DNA of 39,428 nucleotides from Octopus bimaculoides (taxonomy: Eukaryota). The DNA lies in assembly GCF_001194135.2 (NCBI RefSeq), contig NC_068983.1:62836467-62875894 (forward strand). Direction: 5' to 3'. The notes beneath the pieces are model-generated. The model saw only the letters and a list, made by a program, of their open reading frames with translations. It searched no databases and had not been told where the DNA came from. The translations under genes and the position numbers were made by a program. Below, piece after piece: positions 1-10,819 of the stretch (position 1 is the first letter of the stretch; every line of letters begins with the position of its first letter).

Positions 1-121
1 CTTCTCCTAGGTAGATTACCAACCAAGGTTAAAGAGCTTCTACCTGCCCATGTGGTAAGCCGTCCCATTCCAGACACCTAACCGACACTCAAACACTCTG
101 TAAAGTGAACAAATATCACTC

Positions 122-151
122 CGCAAAATATTCAGACGCAAAATATTCAGA
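122..151. repeat. 15-bp tandem duplication (CGCAAAATATTCAGA x2)
   Basis: Two exact adjacent copies at 122-136 and 137-151. Confidence 0.9.
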
Positions 152-289
152 CAGACGATACAAAGAAAACAAGGATGGGTCATTCGGAGTTTTCTATCCT
201 CAGTCGAGTTCCAGATTATCTTTGCAATTTCGGTTGATTATAATCGAGATTGCTCCAATCTAGCCATCCCCAAGGAAAAACTAAGCTAA

Positions 290-440
290 TACATACATAT
301 ATACATACATACATATATACATACATACACACATACATACATATATACATACATACATACATACACACATACATACATATATACATACATACATATATGG
401 ATACATACATACATACATACATACATACATACATACATAC
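290..440. repeat. (TACA)n microsatellite with variants
   Basis: Direct reading. It produces the HTYI/MYVC pseudo-ORFs in the track. Confidence 0.95.
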
Positions 441-830
441 AGGCCACCTGGGTAGGCAATGTTGGCAGTACCTACCGTGAATAAAATAGATCGATAGTAA
501 TATTTTCCTTTTCTGGCAAAATATGCAACTAATTCAATAAAATTATGAAGTTTACTCTGATTACTATCCATAAAATGCAAAATATTTCATTTTTTTGTAG
601 ATTAGGCAGGCATAGTTCACCTCTGCCTTTCAATCACAGTATTAAAGCTATTCATAGTATTGCTGTAGTACACGTGCGGCGTACATTCATAGAAAGTTTA
701 CGCGCTATATAGGCAGTAGTAACTCTACCTCCGATTCAGTCGCGCGCCTGTTTCGCTTATTTTTTGCGTGTTTTACAACATAAAGGTTACCAACTACCTA
801 CCCTGAGTAATTACTGAGGGTACGTGCCTG
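440..830. mobile_element. possible MITE-like insertion splitting a (TACA)n tract
   Basis: Complex 390-bp block with (TACA)n on both sides. Ends are CAGGC...GCCTG, with recurring GGTAGG/CCTACC motifs and a 24-bp near-palindrome at 799-822. A TSD cannot be resolved inside the microsatellite. Confidence 0.3.
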
Positions 831-907
831 ATACATACATACGTACGTACATACATACATACATACATACATACACACACAGAGATACATGTATATATAT
901 ATATATA

Positions 908-1563
908 NNNNNNNNNNNNNNNNNNNNNNNNNNNNNNNNNNNNNNNNNNNNNNNNNNNNNNNNNNNNNNNNNNNNNNNNNNNNNNNNNNNNNNNNNNNNN
1001 NNNNNNNNNNNNNNNNNNNNNNNNNNNNNNNNNNNNNNNNNNNNNNNNNNNNNNNNNNNNNNNNNNNNNNNNNNNNNNNNNNNNNNNNNNNNNNNNNNNN
1101 NNNNNNNNNNNNNNNNNNNNNNNNNNNNNNNNNNNNNNNNNNNNNNNNNNNNNNNNNNNNNNNNNNNNNNNNNNNNNNNNNNNNNNNNNNNNNNNNNNNN
1201 NNNNNNNNNNNNNNNNNNNNNNNNNNNNNNNNNNNNNNNNNNNNNNNNNNNNNNNNNNNNNNNNNNNNNNNNNNNNNNNNNNNNNNNNNNNNNNNNNNNN
1301 NNNNNNNNNNNNNNNNNNNNNNNNNNNNNNNNNNNNNNNNNNNNNNNNNNNNNNNNNNNNNNNNNNNNNNNNNNNNNNNNNNNNNNNNNNNNNNNNNNNN
1401 NNNNNNNNNNNNNNNNNNNNNNNNNNNNNNNNNNNNNNNNNNNNNNNNNNNNNNNNNNNNNNNNNNNNNNNNNNNNNNNNNNNNNNNNNNNNNNNNNNNN
1501 NNNNNNNNNNNNNNNNNNNNNNNNNNNNNNNNNNNNNNNNNNNNNNNNNNNNNNNNNNNNNNN
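908..1563. other. assembly gap (N) flanked by (TA)n; further gaps at 7755-7796, 9273-9651, 10820-11081, 15611-15620, 22754-22763, 25962-26148, 30531-30723
   Basis: Runs of N read directly from the sequence. Confidence 0.98.
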
Positions 1564-1603
<40 letters not shown>

Positions 1604-2333
1604 CACACATCCACGTGCGCGCACACACACATACACACACAAACACACACACGCACACATATATATGTATGTATATATGTATATATATTTTTATATTTTG
1701 GAATATATTGTTGGTCACTGGCATGAGTTCAACGTTTCTCTTCTTACGCAGCAAATAATTCCTTTAAAACGATCCTATCATATATGTATTCAGCACCTAT
1801 TCCATCAGTTTGTAAGATACATTGAAACATACATTGAAGCGTACATACCTACATTCACACACATATACATACATACATACATACATACATACAAGAAAAA
1901 CCACACTCACATGCATGTAGGTATGTATTTATACGAATATACACGTACATTCGAGTGATTTTATAAAGCAGTTATTTTTTCCTCTTCTTTTTTGCATAGG
2001 CAACAGGGGAATTCATGCGGTTATAATAACATCCAATTCCGAGATGTATATAAAATACATTTTACTTCTGCATGGATTAGCATAAAATGTATTTACACGA
2101 GTTATTTTTGTCTTTTAAGCTTCAGAAAATTTATAATACTTAAAATAAGTTTTATTTTGTTCAACTCACCATTTTTGTTACTCTGATTCCATGATTGTAT
2201 TTTAAATAGGCGCGAGCATGTGTGTTTGTCGGTCTTTCTTTTTTAATTATTTGAATTTTTGCCATAAGCTTGAAATTAGTATTTAACCAATAAAATGTTC
2301 CAACACAGGAATCTGGATAACTTAATCGACAGC

Positions 2334-2940
2334 TTACAGGTTAAACTTTAAAAATATCTTGCCAATTTTATATTTTCTTCTTACAGGCTATTTGTAAAGT
2401 AGGAGTTAGCTGGCAGCTATATTTCACTGAAACCAAGGATTTTCGTCATCATCACAAGCTTTAACTAGCGTCACTAAGCAATAATTAGATGTATACGTTA
2501 TTCGTGTAAATGTACCTTTATAATTAGGGATGAAAAACTGTAGGTTTCAAGGCAGTTTATAAATATTTTCTTTCTCACTGACCTTGGAAGAAATATACAC
2601 ATGCAGGACCGCTGACCCCTATGATTGTACATCATTCGTTTTCTCTTTTCTGTCCCAAACAACTATGTCAAAACTCAGATTTGATGAGAATGCTGTCTCA
2701 GTCGTCCTTGTGCTGGCATGTGTGTAATCATTGGTATGTTTGTATTCAATGACAGGTCCCTGTTTAGTCTTTCCTACGGTTGACTCTTTATATCTATTTT
2801 AACAATATTATTTGCAATGCAAGGTAGTAATTCTATGAAACTTTTAGGCAACTGCTTTTACAGAATTGCAATATAGTCAACACTTTCAATTACAGGTTGT
2901 GAATTGTAGTCTTCACTATCATTTTTTCATTATATGGTAT
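2334..2940 (-). mobile_element. RLE-type (R4/NeSL-like) non-LTR retrotransposon, degraded C-terminal fragment
   Basis: Minus-strand translation across frameshifts and stops gives SSCLKVS*NYYL (zinc-knuckle region), DIVVWDRKEKT (RLE PD-like motif), ISSKVSEKENIY, LQFFIPNYK and KIGKIFLKFNL* (TAA at 2334-2336). Confidence 0.75.
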
Positions 2941-3300
2941 GGCATGTAGTTACCTACTATATTAACATTGGATAAACATATAACTTGAAAATATGACCTG
3001 GTGAAACCTTTACGAATCTATTTAAATACACTTTATATTTCAGCTGATCTGCAACACACCGTTCGCGCACACTAACATAAATATATACGCCCGTATGCAT
3101 GGCCAGGAGTGAGATTTGTGTGTATGTACTTAGGTGATCGAGTATAAATTAGTATTCTCTATTAAGGCATTGAGTAGCTTTCCTTCGTTGGATGAAGCCA
3201 AAAGATAGATGTACACACATGCATGTATTTACATATGTAAATAAAGAAAATTCTAAATATACATAAATTTATGACTTTAAATGCATTGATCCATTTATGT

Positions 3301-3485
3301 TTATCGTTTATCGTTCACCTGTTTCAACCATTTAAGTGCAACAACGCTGGAGTACGGCCTTGAAAGGTTTAGTCGAAATAATCGACTACAGAATTTTTTC
3401 TTAAAGAATGTTACTTATTCTATCGGCCTCTTTTGCCGGATCGGTAATTACAGGGATGTAAACAAGCCAACACCGGTTTCCAAGC
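3301..3485 (-). mobile_element. SINE family 1, 3' half
   Basis: Aligns by eye with 19712-19880 (GCTGGAG..GCCTTGA..TTTAGTCGAA..ATCGA..TTCTATCGG..CTTTT..GTAAACAA.CCAAC). Confidence 0.8.
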
Positions 3486-4022
3486 TGACAAAATTTCAAC
3501 GCTATTACACTAAAAACTTTACCAAACTGGAAAAAATTACAACTTTGCTCTCTAGAGCGAAGATATGAGAGATAGGTAATAATTTACAATTAGAACATCG
3601 TGGAAGAGCTAGCATCTAATTTCGGCATCAAGTGATGCACAAAAACCCGCACATAGTATCTGATGTAATATTCATTCTATCTAAAATGAGGACCTGATAC
3701 TGGATGCAACAATTTGGGGTTTAAGAACTTATAAGTGTATTGTGCTCTGCAAACAGAATTATAAAACTATTAAAAGGTAGATGCTTTCAAAAAGGGATTG
3801 GACATTCTATTATCCACAATATCTCATGAACCAAGGTCATTGTTGGAAGGTACAGACAAGAGCAAGATTGTCAAGCTGCTTCATATATCAAATGAGCCAA
3901 CAACCAGGAAAAAACTGGTGCAAGGGTGGTTATTTAAAATCCTACCATCCAGAAGATACGAACCACAATAAAGGGCTGTAGAAAGGGAACAAATTCACTG
4001 TGGTGCTCCAGCTTGGCTGTAT
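3486..4022 (+). mobile_element. APE-type LINE (CR1/L2-like group), degraded 3' end of ORF2 plus 3' UTR
   Basis: Plus-strand peptides across frameshifts: LTKFQRYYTK, KKLQLCSLERRYER, IVEELASNFGI, KVDAFKKGLDILLSTISHEP. These match typical LINE ORF2 C-terminal motifs (SLERRRER; FKxxLDxFLxxxPDEP). Confidence 0.7.
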
Positions 4023-4320
4023 AAGGAAAACATCACTGTATAAAATGTCACGAATGCGCAAACACAAAACTCATGAAATATTTAAAATGAATTTACAGAG
4101 TAATCTGTAGAAGTAAAAAATGCGAAAATTGTGTAAAACAATTTTGCGAGTTAGATAAGGCGGGGCGAAGAGAGGGGGTGGGTAAAAAAAAATTAGGAAA
4201 GAAATTTACGGGTGATAAAGTCATTATTGTCATATATATAGGTCTCTTCCCCACTCTCTCTTACTTTCTCTCTCTCACTCTCTGTTTCTCTCTCGCTTTC
4301 AATCTGTATATAGACACACG

Positions 4321-4351
<31 letters not shown>

Positions 4352-4360
4352 GCATGCATA

Positions 4361-4813
4361 TATAGGTACAGGACGTCACCGACGGTGCAATTAACATGAA
4401 ATACGAAACAAACGAGTGAAATACGTAAACAACAAGAAAAAATGGAAAACAGGACAAGTTAACTTAGAGGAAAAAACCCTTCATCAGTTGTCGGCTGCCT
4501 GTCTACTCTTCATTTCGAACATTCAACGAAAATATGAGTCTTCAAAGACAGTTGCTCCCATAAATTCCTAAAATAAAATTTAGGATTTATGGAAGGTCAA
4601 AGTTGAAAAGAGGAAAATTACAGTGGAGACATACAAGGAAACCAAACGAAAACAAACATGGGAGGTCATTAGGCCAGAACGAAAGGGAAATAATGAACGC
4701 CGAGAGAAACATTTTGTCTTTTTTTGAAACGTCCGTTTAAACGTCCGTGCAGGAAAAAAAGATAGTCAAGTGAGAAAAAGAAAGATGGACGATGGTAACG
4801 TGTGATCAATGAC
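4361..4813 (-). repeat. dispersed repeat family X (unclassified, possibly Penelope-derived), copy 1
   Basis: Reverse complement aligns with 11165-11332, 11625-11720 and 23100-23505. It starts at a (CT)n tract and contains a CTGATGA box. Confidence 0.75.
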
Positions 4814-4869
<56 letters not shown>

Positions 4870-4900
4870 AGAGGGGAGAGAAAGAGAAAGAGGAGACAGA
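4813..4900. repeat. (AG)n polypurine tract; similar tracts at about 5860-5920, 10320-10440, 11540-11610 (as CT) and 23505-23630
   Basis: Direct reading. Confidence 0.95.
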
Positions 4901-5858
4901 AAGAGACAGATACAAAATGGTGAAGGGGAAGGGGGAGGGGGAGACAAAGGGAATTAGAGAAGAATGGAGGAAGAGAACACTATACAGTAGGGAGTGGAAC
5001 CAAAAAGTTGAAGATAAACTTACTTGGTAATGGATGCATCGCGTTCAATTAAATAATAAATAATATATTATATATACATATAAAAGAGAGAGAGATACAT
5101 GAGATCATGTATGTATGCACATATGTCTGTGTATATATCTGCCAACTGCTGTATGTAGGTGTAAATAAATAGAAACTGCTCTAAAATATGGATTCTCTGG
5201 GATAATATATATACATACACACACGACCGTATGCATGTGTGTGTGGTTGGTCTACAATGATGTTAAATATGTCTCTTCTCAGCTAAATTTGTAGCAAATG
5301 ATTATCATCACAGTGAGAATATATGCGATTTAGTAATGCACCCCCTGCGAATACCCGGAAAACAGGAAATTGGCGTCTGTTTAGTAAAAGGAAAGTTAAA
5401 CTTTACTAAAGGATACCTTTAATCTTGGAATGTTTATTATTTTTTATTGTGACTGTCTCTATTTCTCCATATACATTCAACTTTCTAATACCAACGAATT
5501 CACAGATTATACTGAGTTCATTTATTGTGACACCGAGTTGTAAAGAAAAGCATATAACCTTTCAAAAGATTGAAGTCGCAGCAGAGAAGCAGCGGCTTTA
5601 TATCAGGTGCTGATAGGCAAAAGTATGATGAACGAACTGCCACATGTGACTTGCTATAGATGAGATATGTGGCTACTCCGTATTATGTAAAACTGGATGG
5701 GAAGAGCTGAAAGAAACACAAGGATGGTAATGATGAGGTGTCAGGACGTACTCTCAAGGAACAATAAAGCGATCACAAGAGAGAAACAGAATAGAAGATT
5801 GGGAAGATTGCATGGATATGCTCATAAGAGTGCGAGAGAAGAGTGAGGTATTGTTAAA

Positions 5859-5922
<64 letters not shown>

Positions 5923-6497
5923 TAGAGAGGAGTTTTAAATGATGAAGTTGGTGTGGTCGATGGTAAACATTTGAGAAAGGTAAAGACACAGAAATGATCC
6001 TGAAGGGAAGAAACAGGAAAAGCTGAGAGTAGCCATATAATAAACGTATAGATCGAACAGGTAATTGGGAGATGATATTTGGGTTAGGACAGTGGGGGAA
6101 GATATGAACGGTTATAGAGATGGATGTCAAAAGCATTTTTATTGAGTTGTGGATAAGGGATTCGGTTCTCGTAGCTGAAGAAGCGAAAGACGCAGCAATG
6201 TATACGTCCCACTCTCTAGTGATGTCAGTCACAGCCCAGGATCTGTTTTCATATGTTTAGGAAGAAACTTTCTCCTGGAACTAGTTCGGTAGCGAAAAGT
6301 CTACTCATATTCGAATGCACCGGAACGTGTTAAAAATGATTTCACACGAATATATTTTATTCGATACGGTTTCATACGACATTATTTGTTCTTGTCTGTA
6401 TAAATGTATTAGTATGCATTACATATGCCTTTTACTTCATGATATAGCCATCCGTTTTTCATTTCTGGCAGACACAATTTAAAATAAATAAGTTAGA

Positions 6498-6760
6498 ATG
6501 ACGGGCCTATTTGATTTCCGTAAAGGACAATCTGTTGGAGAAAGGAAAGCTGGTGCGTCAGTCACTAAATTTGCTTTCACGCGGTTCATTTTATAAAGTC
6601 ATGTCGGCATTCCGAAATCAAGATAAATCCAGAAGTGGTAGGCGTAAGTCGTAAGTCTGAATTGAAGTTAAAGCTTACAGAGAGAAACAGCAGTATATTG
6701 AAACATATTGTAACTAAAAACTGCCGAAATACGGCAGCAAAATAGCAGCAGTGCTATACT
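6498..6760 (+). mobile_element. Tc1-like transposase, degraded N-terminal (paired-like HTH) fragment
   Basis: From the ATG at 6498: MTGLFDFRKGQSVGERKAGASVTK, then after frameshifts SRGSFYKVMSAFRNQ and KLTERNSSILKHIVTKNCRNTAAK. This follows the Tc1 pattern DFERGQIVG..AGASVTK..SKVMSA..LTERDRR.L.RIV.KN.RTTAA. No catalytic domain is present. Confidence 0.75.
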
Positions 6761-6766
6761 TATAGC

Positions 6767-6875
6767 CTGGCTTGCAGCCACATAGTTTCGGGTTTATTGC
6801 CACTACGCGGCACATGGTCAAGCGTCCGCTACTAAGGCCTCCGAGCCAACTAATACCTTTTGATTGAATGTGTGT
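6767..6875 (+). mobile_element. SINE family 1, degraded 5' half
   Basis: Aligns with 15640-15750 (CCAC.TGGTTCCGGG..CACTGCGTGGCACC..GGCAAGTGTC..CTAC..AGCCTCGG). Followed by microsatellite. Confidence 0.6.
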
Positions 6876-7650
6876 CTAGATATATGTATATGTTTACATT
6901 ACACACACGCACATATATACACACACATACACATACACACACATACATACACACATACACATGTATATATCATGTATGATTGCAAGACCAAAAGGTGAAT
7001 ATACGCACACATCACACCCCCAAAATACGTTTCACACAATGACACACACATATATAAAGGCATAGCCTGATACAGGTCAATACTGCATAATCTCATAATG
7101 ATCATAGCAACATTTAGTTTGAAGACATCTGGCGACATTCTCGATGGAATCAATGCAATACTTTCAGAAAATTTCTAAAAACAGATCACGGTAGTTACGG
7201 ATTTTCTCTAGGACATGTTAATATACATTCAGTATTTCTTGATATAGTAATGATTACAATTACACGGAAGGCTGCTATATATCTATCGAACGTTCTTATA
7301 CAAAGGTCTGCATATAAACAAACTTTTATATATATAAGATTTATATGCACGATATCTCTATTCAATAAGTCTTCTGGCAAGGAGAATAATTTTTCAGGAA
7401 TACTCAAAACTTATATTTTATCATCCCACAAATTTATGGTTACGCAAAATCTACAAAGCTATTCAAAGCTATGCGTAATTAGTCAGGACGCTTTTAGTTG
7501 CATGGAAAAATCACTCTATGACAGTTATTTATTGCCAACATATAAAATTACGTTGGTTCATAAAATTAATCCATCTATATGTGTGTGGGCGTGTGTTTGT
7601 ATACACACCTAGGCACATAAGAACAAATATGTATGTGTGCATATATATAC

Positions 7651-7694
<44 letters not shown>

Positions 7695-7701
7695 GTATGT
7701 A

Positions 7702-7754
<53 letters not shown>

Positions 7755-7796
7755 NNNNNNNNNNNNNNNNNNNNNNNNNNNNNNNNNNNNNNNNNN

Positions 7797-7849
<53 letters not shown>

Positions 7850-7884
7850 ATGTATATAAAAGTTAAGGAATGACTACATAAAAT

Positions 7885-7974
7885 CTGGGCTACATACGTT
7901 TCGTAGCGAGCGGAACCTCGGAAGTGGTAAATATCTAAGCGAGGTCTGTATCGCAGGCTACTCTTCAGGCCAAG
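7885..7974 (-). ncRNA. type I hammerhead ribozyme motif H1
   Basis: CUUGGC-CUGAAGA-GUAGC-[49 nt]-GCUAC-GAAAC-GUAU-GUA-GCCCAG. Both catalytic boxes are intact, stem II has 5 perfect bp and stem I has 5 of 6 bp. Predicted cleavage is between 7891 and 7890. Confidence 0.8.
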
Positions 7975-8597
7975 GGTATCTTGGTTAAATGAAATTTACA
8001 TTGTCGTTAGGAGGCACATGTTAACACACGGAGGATTCGATCAGAATGCGTAAAGAGTTTGGTTTGAGTGGAGAATATAATTGTGAATTGAAATTACCAT
8101 GAAAAACATATAAAAAAAGAATAGAAAATATATAAGGAAGTGGGAGAGTTACAAGTAAAGAATTTGAGACAATAAGAATTTAATAGTAATCCTCAATTAT
8201 TATATTTTAGTATTTATTACCATTCTACCCCCTTTCAAATTTAGTACTATACCATCACTTCAAGCACACATTTTCTTCTTCTCGATCGCAAATACTCCCC
8301 TCTACCTTCCCTCCATACTATCCTATTCAAATACCACTTCTCATTCCTATTTCTCTGACTCGGCCAAAATGACCCTATTGAAAATCGCCTGTGAAATGAC
8401 CTTACTGAAATTCTCTACTTGTAACTCTTCCACTCCATTATATATTTTTTATTGTTTTTCATTTTTTTATGTTCCCAATGTCTCTTCACAACTATATTCT
8501 CCACTCAAGCCGTGCTCTCTACGCATTCTGATCGAATCCTCCGTGTATTGACATGTGCCTTCTACAGACAATGTAGCCTTAATTTAATGAAGATGCC

Positions 8598-8687
8598 CTT
8601 GGCCTGAAGAGTAGCATGTAGTATACAACTCACATGGATATTTACCACTTCCGAAGTTCGGCTCGTTACGAAACGTATGTAGCCTGG
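8598..8687 (+). ncRNA. type I hammerhead ribozyme motif H2
   Basis: CUUGGC-CUGAAGA-GUAGC-[49 nt]-GUUAC-GAAAC-GUAU-GUA-GCCUGG. Stem II is kept by a G.U wobble. Predicted cleavage is after 8681. Confidence 0.75.
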
Positions 8688-8915
8688 ATTTTATCTATTC
8701 CATTCCTTAACTCTTATATCTTTATTCGTGTACCTGCAAACCCTGGCTGCCTACCGTGAAATATAAAATAATTTTCTTCAGTTTATCATACTTCGATAAG
8801 GAAAACTCCACAACCATCTGTCCCAATAAACCTCTATTCTTTCTGAAAGTTGTTTTTCATATTTTCTTCGTTCAAATTGCCTGAAGCTCACCATTTTCCT
8901 ACACCTCGATGTTTG

Positions 8916-8916
8916 G

Positions 8917-9010
<94 letters not shown>

Positions 9011-9018
9011 GTGTGTGT
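8916..9018. repeat. compound microsatellite (TCTA)n-(TC)n-(TA)n-(TG)n
   Basis: Direct reading. Confidence 0.95.
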
Positions 9019-9209
9019 GAGAAAGTTGGTATCTGAAAGCACGTGGTTGGATGTATAAAAAATAATAAGAGTGAAAAAACTACAGAAGGCTTGTGTTACA
9101 TGGTTAAAGTATATATTTAAATTATGTCAGAAAAATGTTATAAAATTTTTTTGGTATATAAACATTGTATTGAAGAAATAACCGGTTTCGTGTTGTCTTT
9201 TCAAATTTC

Positions 9210-9272
9210 TCTACTTCATTGTAACATGTGTTCGCTCTAGTGTGGAGCGAACACATGTTACAATGAAGTAGA
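9210..9272. repeat. perfect 28-bp inverted repeat with 7-nt loop, abutting an N-gap
   Basis: TCTACTTCATTGTAACATGTGTTCGCTC-TAGTGTG-GAGCGAACACATGTTACAATGAAGTAGA. Confidence 0.95.
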
Positions 9273-9651
9273 NNNNNNNNNNNNNNNNNNNNNNNNNNNN
9301 NNNNNNNNNNNNNNNNNNNNNNNNNNNNNNNNNNNNNNNNNNNNNNNNNNNNNNNNNNNNNNNNNNNNNNNNNNNNNNNNNNNNNNNNNNNNNNNNNNNN
9401 NNNNNNNNNNNNNNNNNNNNNNNNNNNNNNNNNNNNNNNNNNNNNNNNNNNNNNNNNNNNNNNNNNNNNNNNNNNNNNNNNNNNNNNNNNNNNNNNNNNN
9501 NNNNNNNNNNNNNNNNNNNNNNNNNNNNNNNNNNNNNNNNNNNNNNNNNNNNNNNNNNNNNNNNNNNNNNNNNNNNNNNNNNNNNNNNNNNNNNNNNNNN
9601 NNNNNNNNNNNNNNNNNNNNNNNNNNNNNNNNNNNNNNNNNNNNNNNNNNN

Positions 9652-9691
<40 letters not shown>

Positions 9692-9835
9692 AATATGTAT
9701 GTGTGTGTGTGTGTGTGCATGTGTATGTGTGTATGTGTGTGTGTGCATGTATGTGTGTGCATGTGTGTGTGTGTGTGTAAATGTATAAACTTCAAATACA
9801 TAAAAAGTTGTCTTTTTTCTTCTGCATATTTGTCT

Positions 9836-10349
9836 TTATGTCACACTTTTAACTTCAAGAGGAAACAGTATCTACTGATGTAGGTGAAAGGGAAACGAAA
9901 TATTAAGATTATATATAGAAATACGAAGGTGTAAGAATGACTACTTTGCAATAATGAGAGAAAGTCAGAGAGAGAGAGAGAGAAGTAGGGGAGAGAGAAG
10001 AAGAGACAGAGAAACAGGAAGAGAGAGAAATCATTACTCGGTGAAATATCGGGTGGGGATGGAAAATTGAGTAAGAGAAAGATAAATAAATGTAAGAGAT
10101 GTAGAAAGAAAATAGAAATACCGAGAAAAACCTTCACAAACCTGTGGGATGTTAGAGAGGTAACGTAATTAAATAACTGTAGTTATGATAAAATAGTTGT
10201 GTTTTCTTATCACATTAATATAATAATATGTGACAAATTTAGAGAGCATGAGCAGTAATCATTCGTGGTAAGGTGTTAAAACTACGGGGTGGATGAATGA
10301 ATAACTAGAATGCCAGAAAAAAAGAGAGAGAGGGAGAGAGAGAGAGAGA

Positions 10350-10441
<92 letters not shown>

Positions 10442-10581
10442 GACAGACGAACATGCTGGCAAGCAAGCAGACAAAGAGACAGAAAAATTGCGGGAGAGAG
10501 CGATTGGTACACTATTATGTACGAGATATTAAATTTTATATGGGGAAGCCGTTGCAAAAAGAAACGAGTGACTTAGTATGC

Positions 10582-10616
<35 letters not shown>

Positions 10617-10677
10617 CATATTTGTCATTATGTCACACTTTTACCTTCAAGAGGTAACTGTACTGATGTAGGTAAAG
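9836..10677 (+). repeat. about 50-bp diverged direct repeat pair (9836-9890 and 10628-10677)
   Basis: TTATGTCACACTTTTA(A/C)CTTCAAGAGG...TACTGATGTAGGT occurs in both copies. Confidence 0.8.
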
Positions 10678-10760
10678 AAAGGAATTTAGATGGTTGGACA
10701 GGTCAGTACTAGTAGTAGAATAACAACATGTGAGAATGTATACTTATGTATACAGCATAT

Positions 10761-10819
<59 letters not shown>

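Larger units (their letters stand above)
7855..8718. mobile_element. fold-back element with about 310-bp inverted arms (7855-8165 and 8408-8718); Penelope-like inverted pseudo-LTR architecture
   Basis: The arms align as reverse complements along their length (e.g. GGAGGATTCGATCAGAATGCGTA vs TACGCATTCTGATCGAATCCTCC; CTCTTCAGGCCAAGGG vs CCCTTGGCCTGAAGAG). Each arm carries a hammerhead motif. The PLE assignment is inferred. Confidence 0.85.

Noticed and set aside
1-110. Minus-strand sequence reminiscent of an RTE-type 5' UTR, a place where HDV-like ribozymes are known
   Set aside because: It is cut by the window edge and the resemblance is from recall only, so no fold can be shown.
170-210. Minus-strand CTGAGGA...CGAAT
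   Set aside because: It has GAAT instead of GAAA and no stem I complementarity.
2310-2470. Apparent plus-strand exons (acceptor TTTTCTTCTTACAG at 2386; NLDNLIDSLQ peptide)
   Set aside because: This is the antisense of the RLE LINE relic's C-terminus, and the implied intron would be only 47 nt.
6171-6212. CTGAAGA-AGC-GAAA close together
   Set aside because: There is no stem II hairpin, no NUH after the possible stem III, and no stem I.
5600-6240. Purine-rich block whose minus strand gives a 136-aa ORF, possibly a Penelope relic
   Set aside because: No RT or GIY-YIG motif could be aligned convincingly, and part of the ORF is (CT)n.
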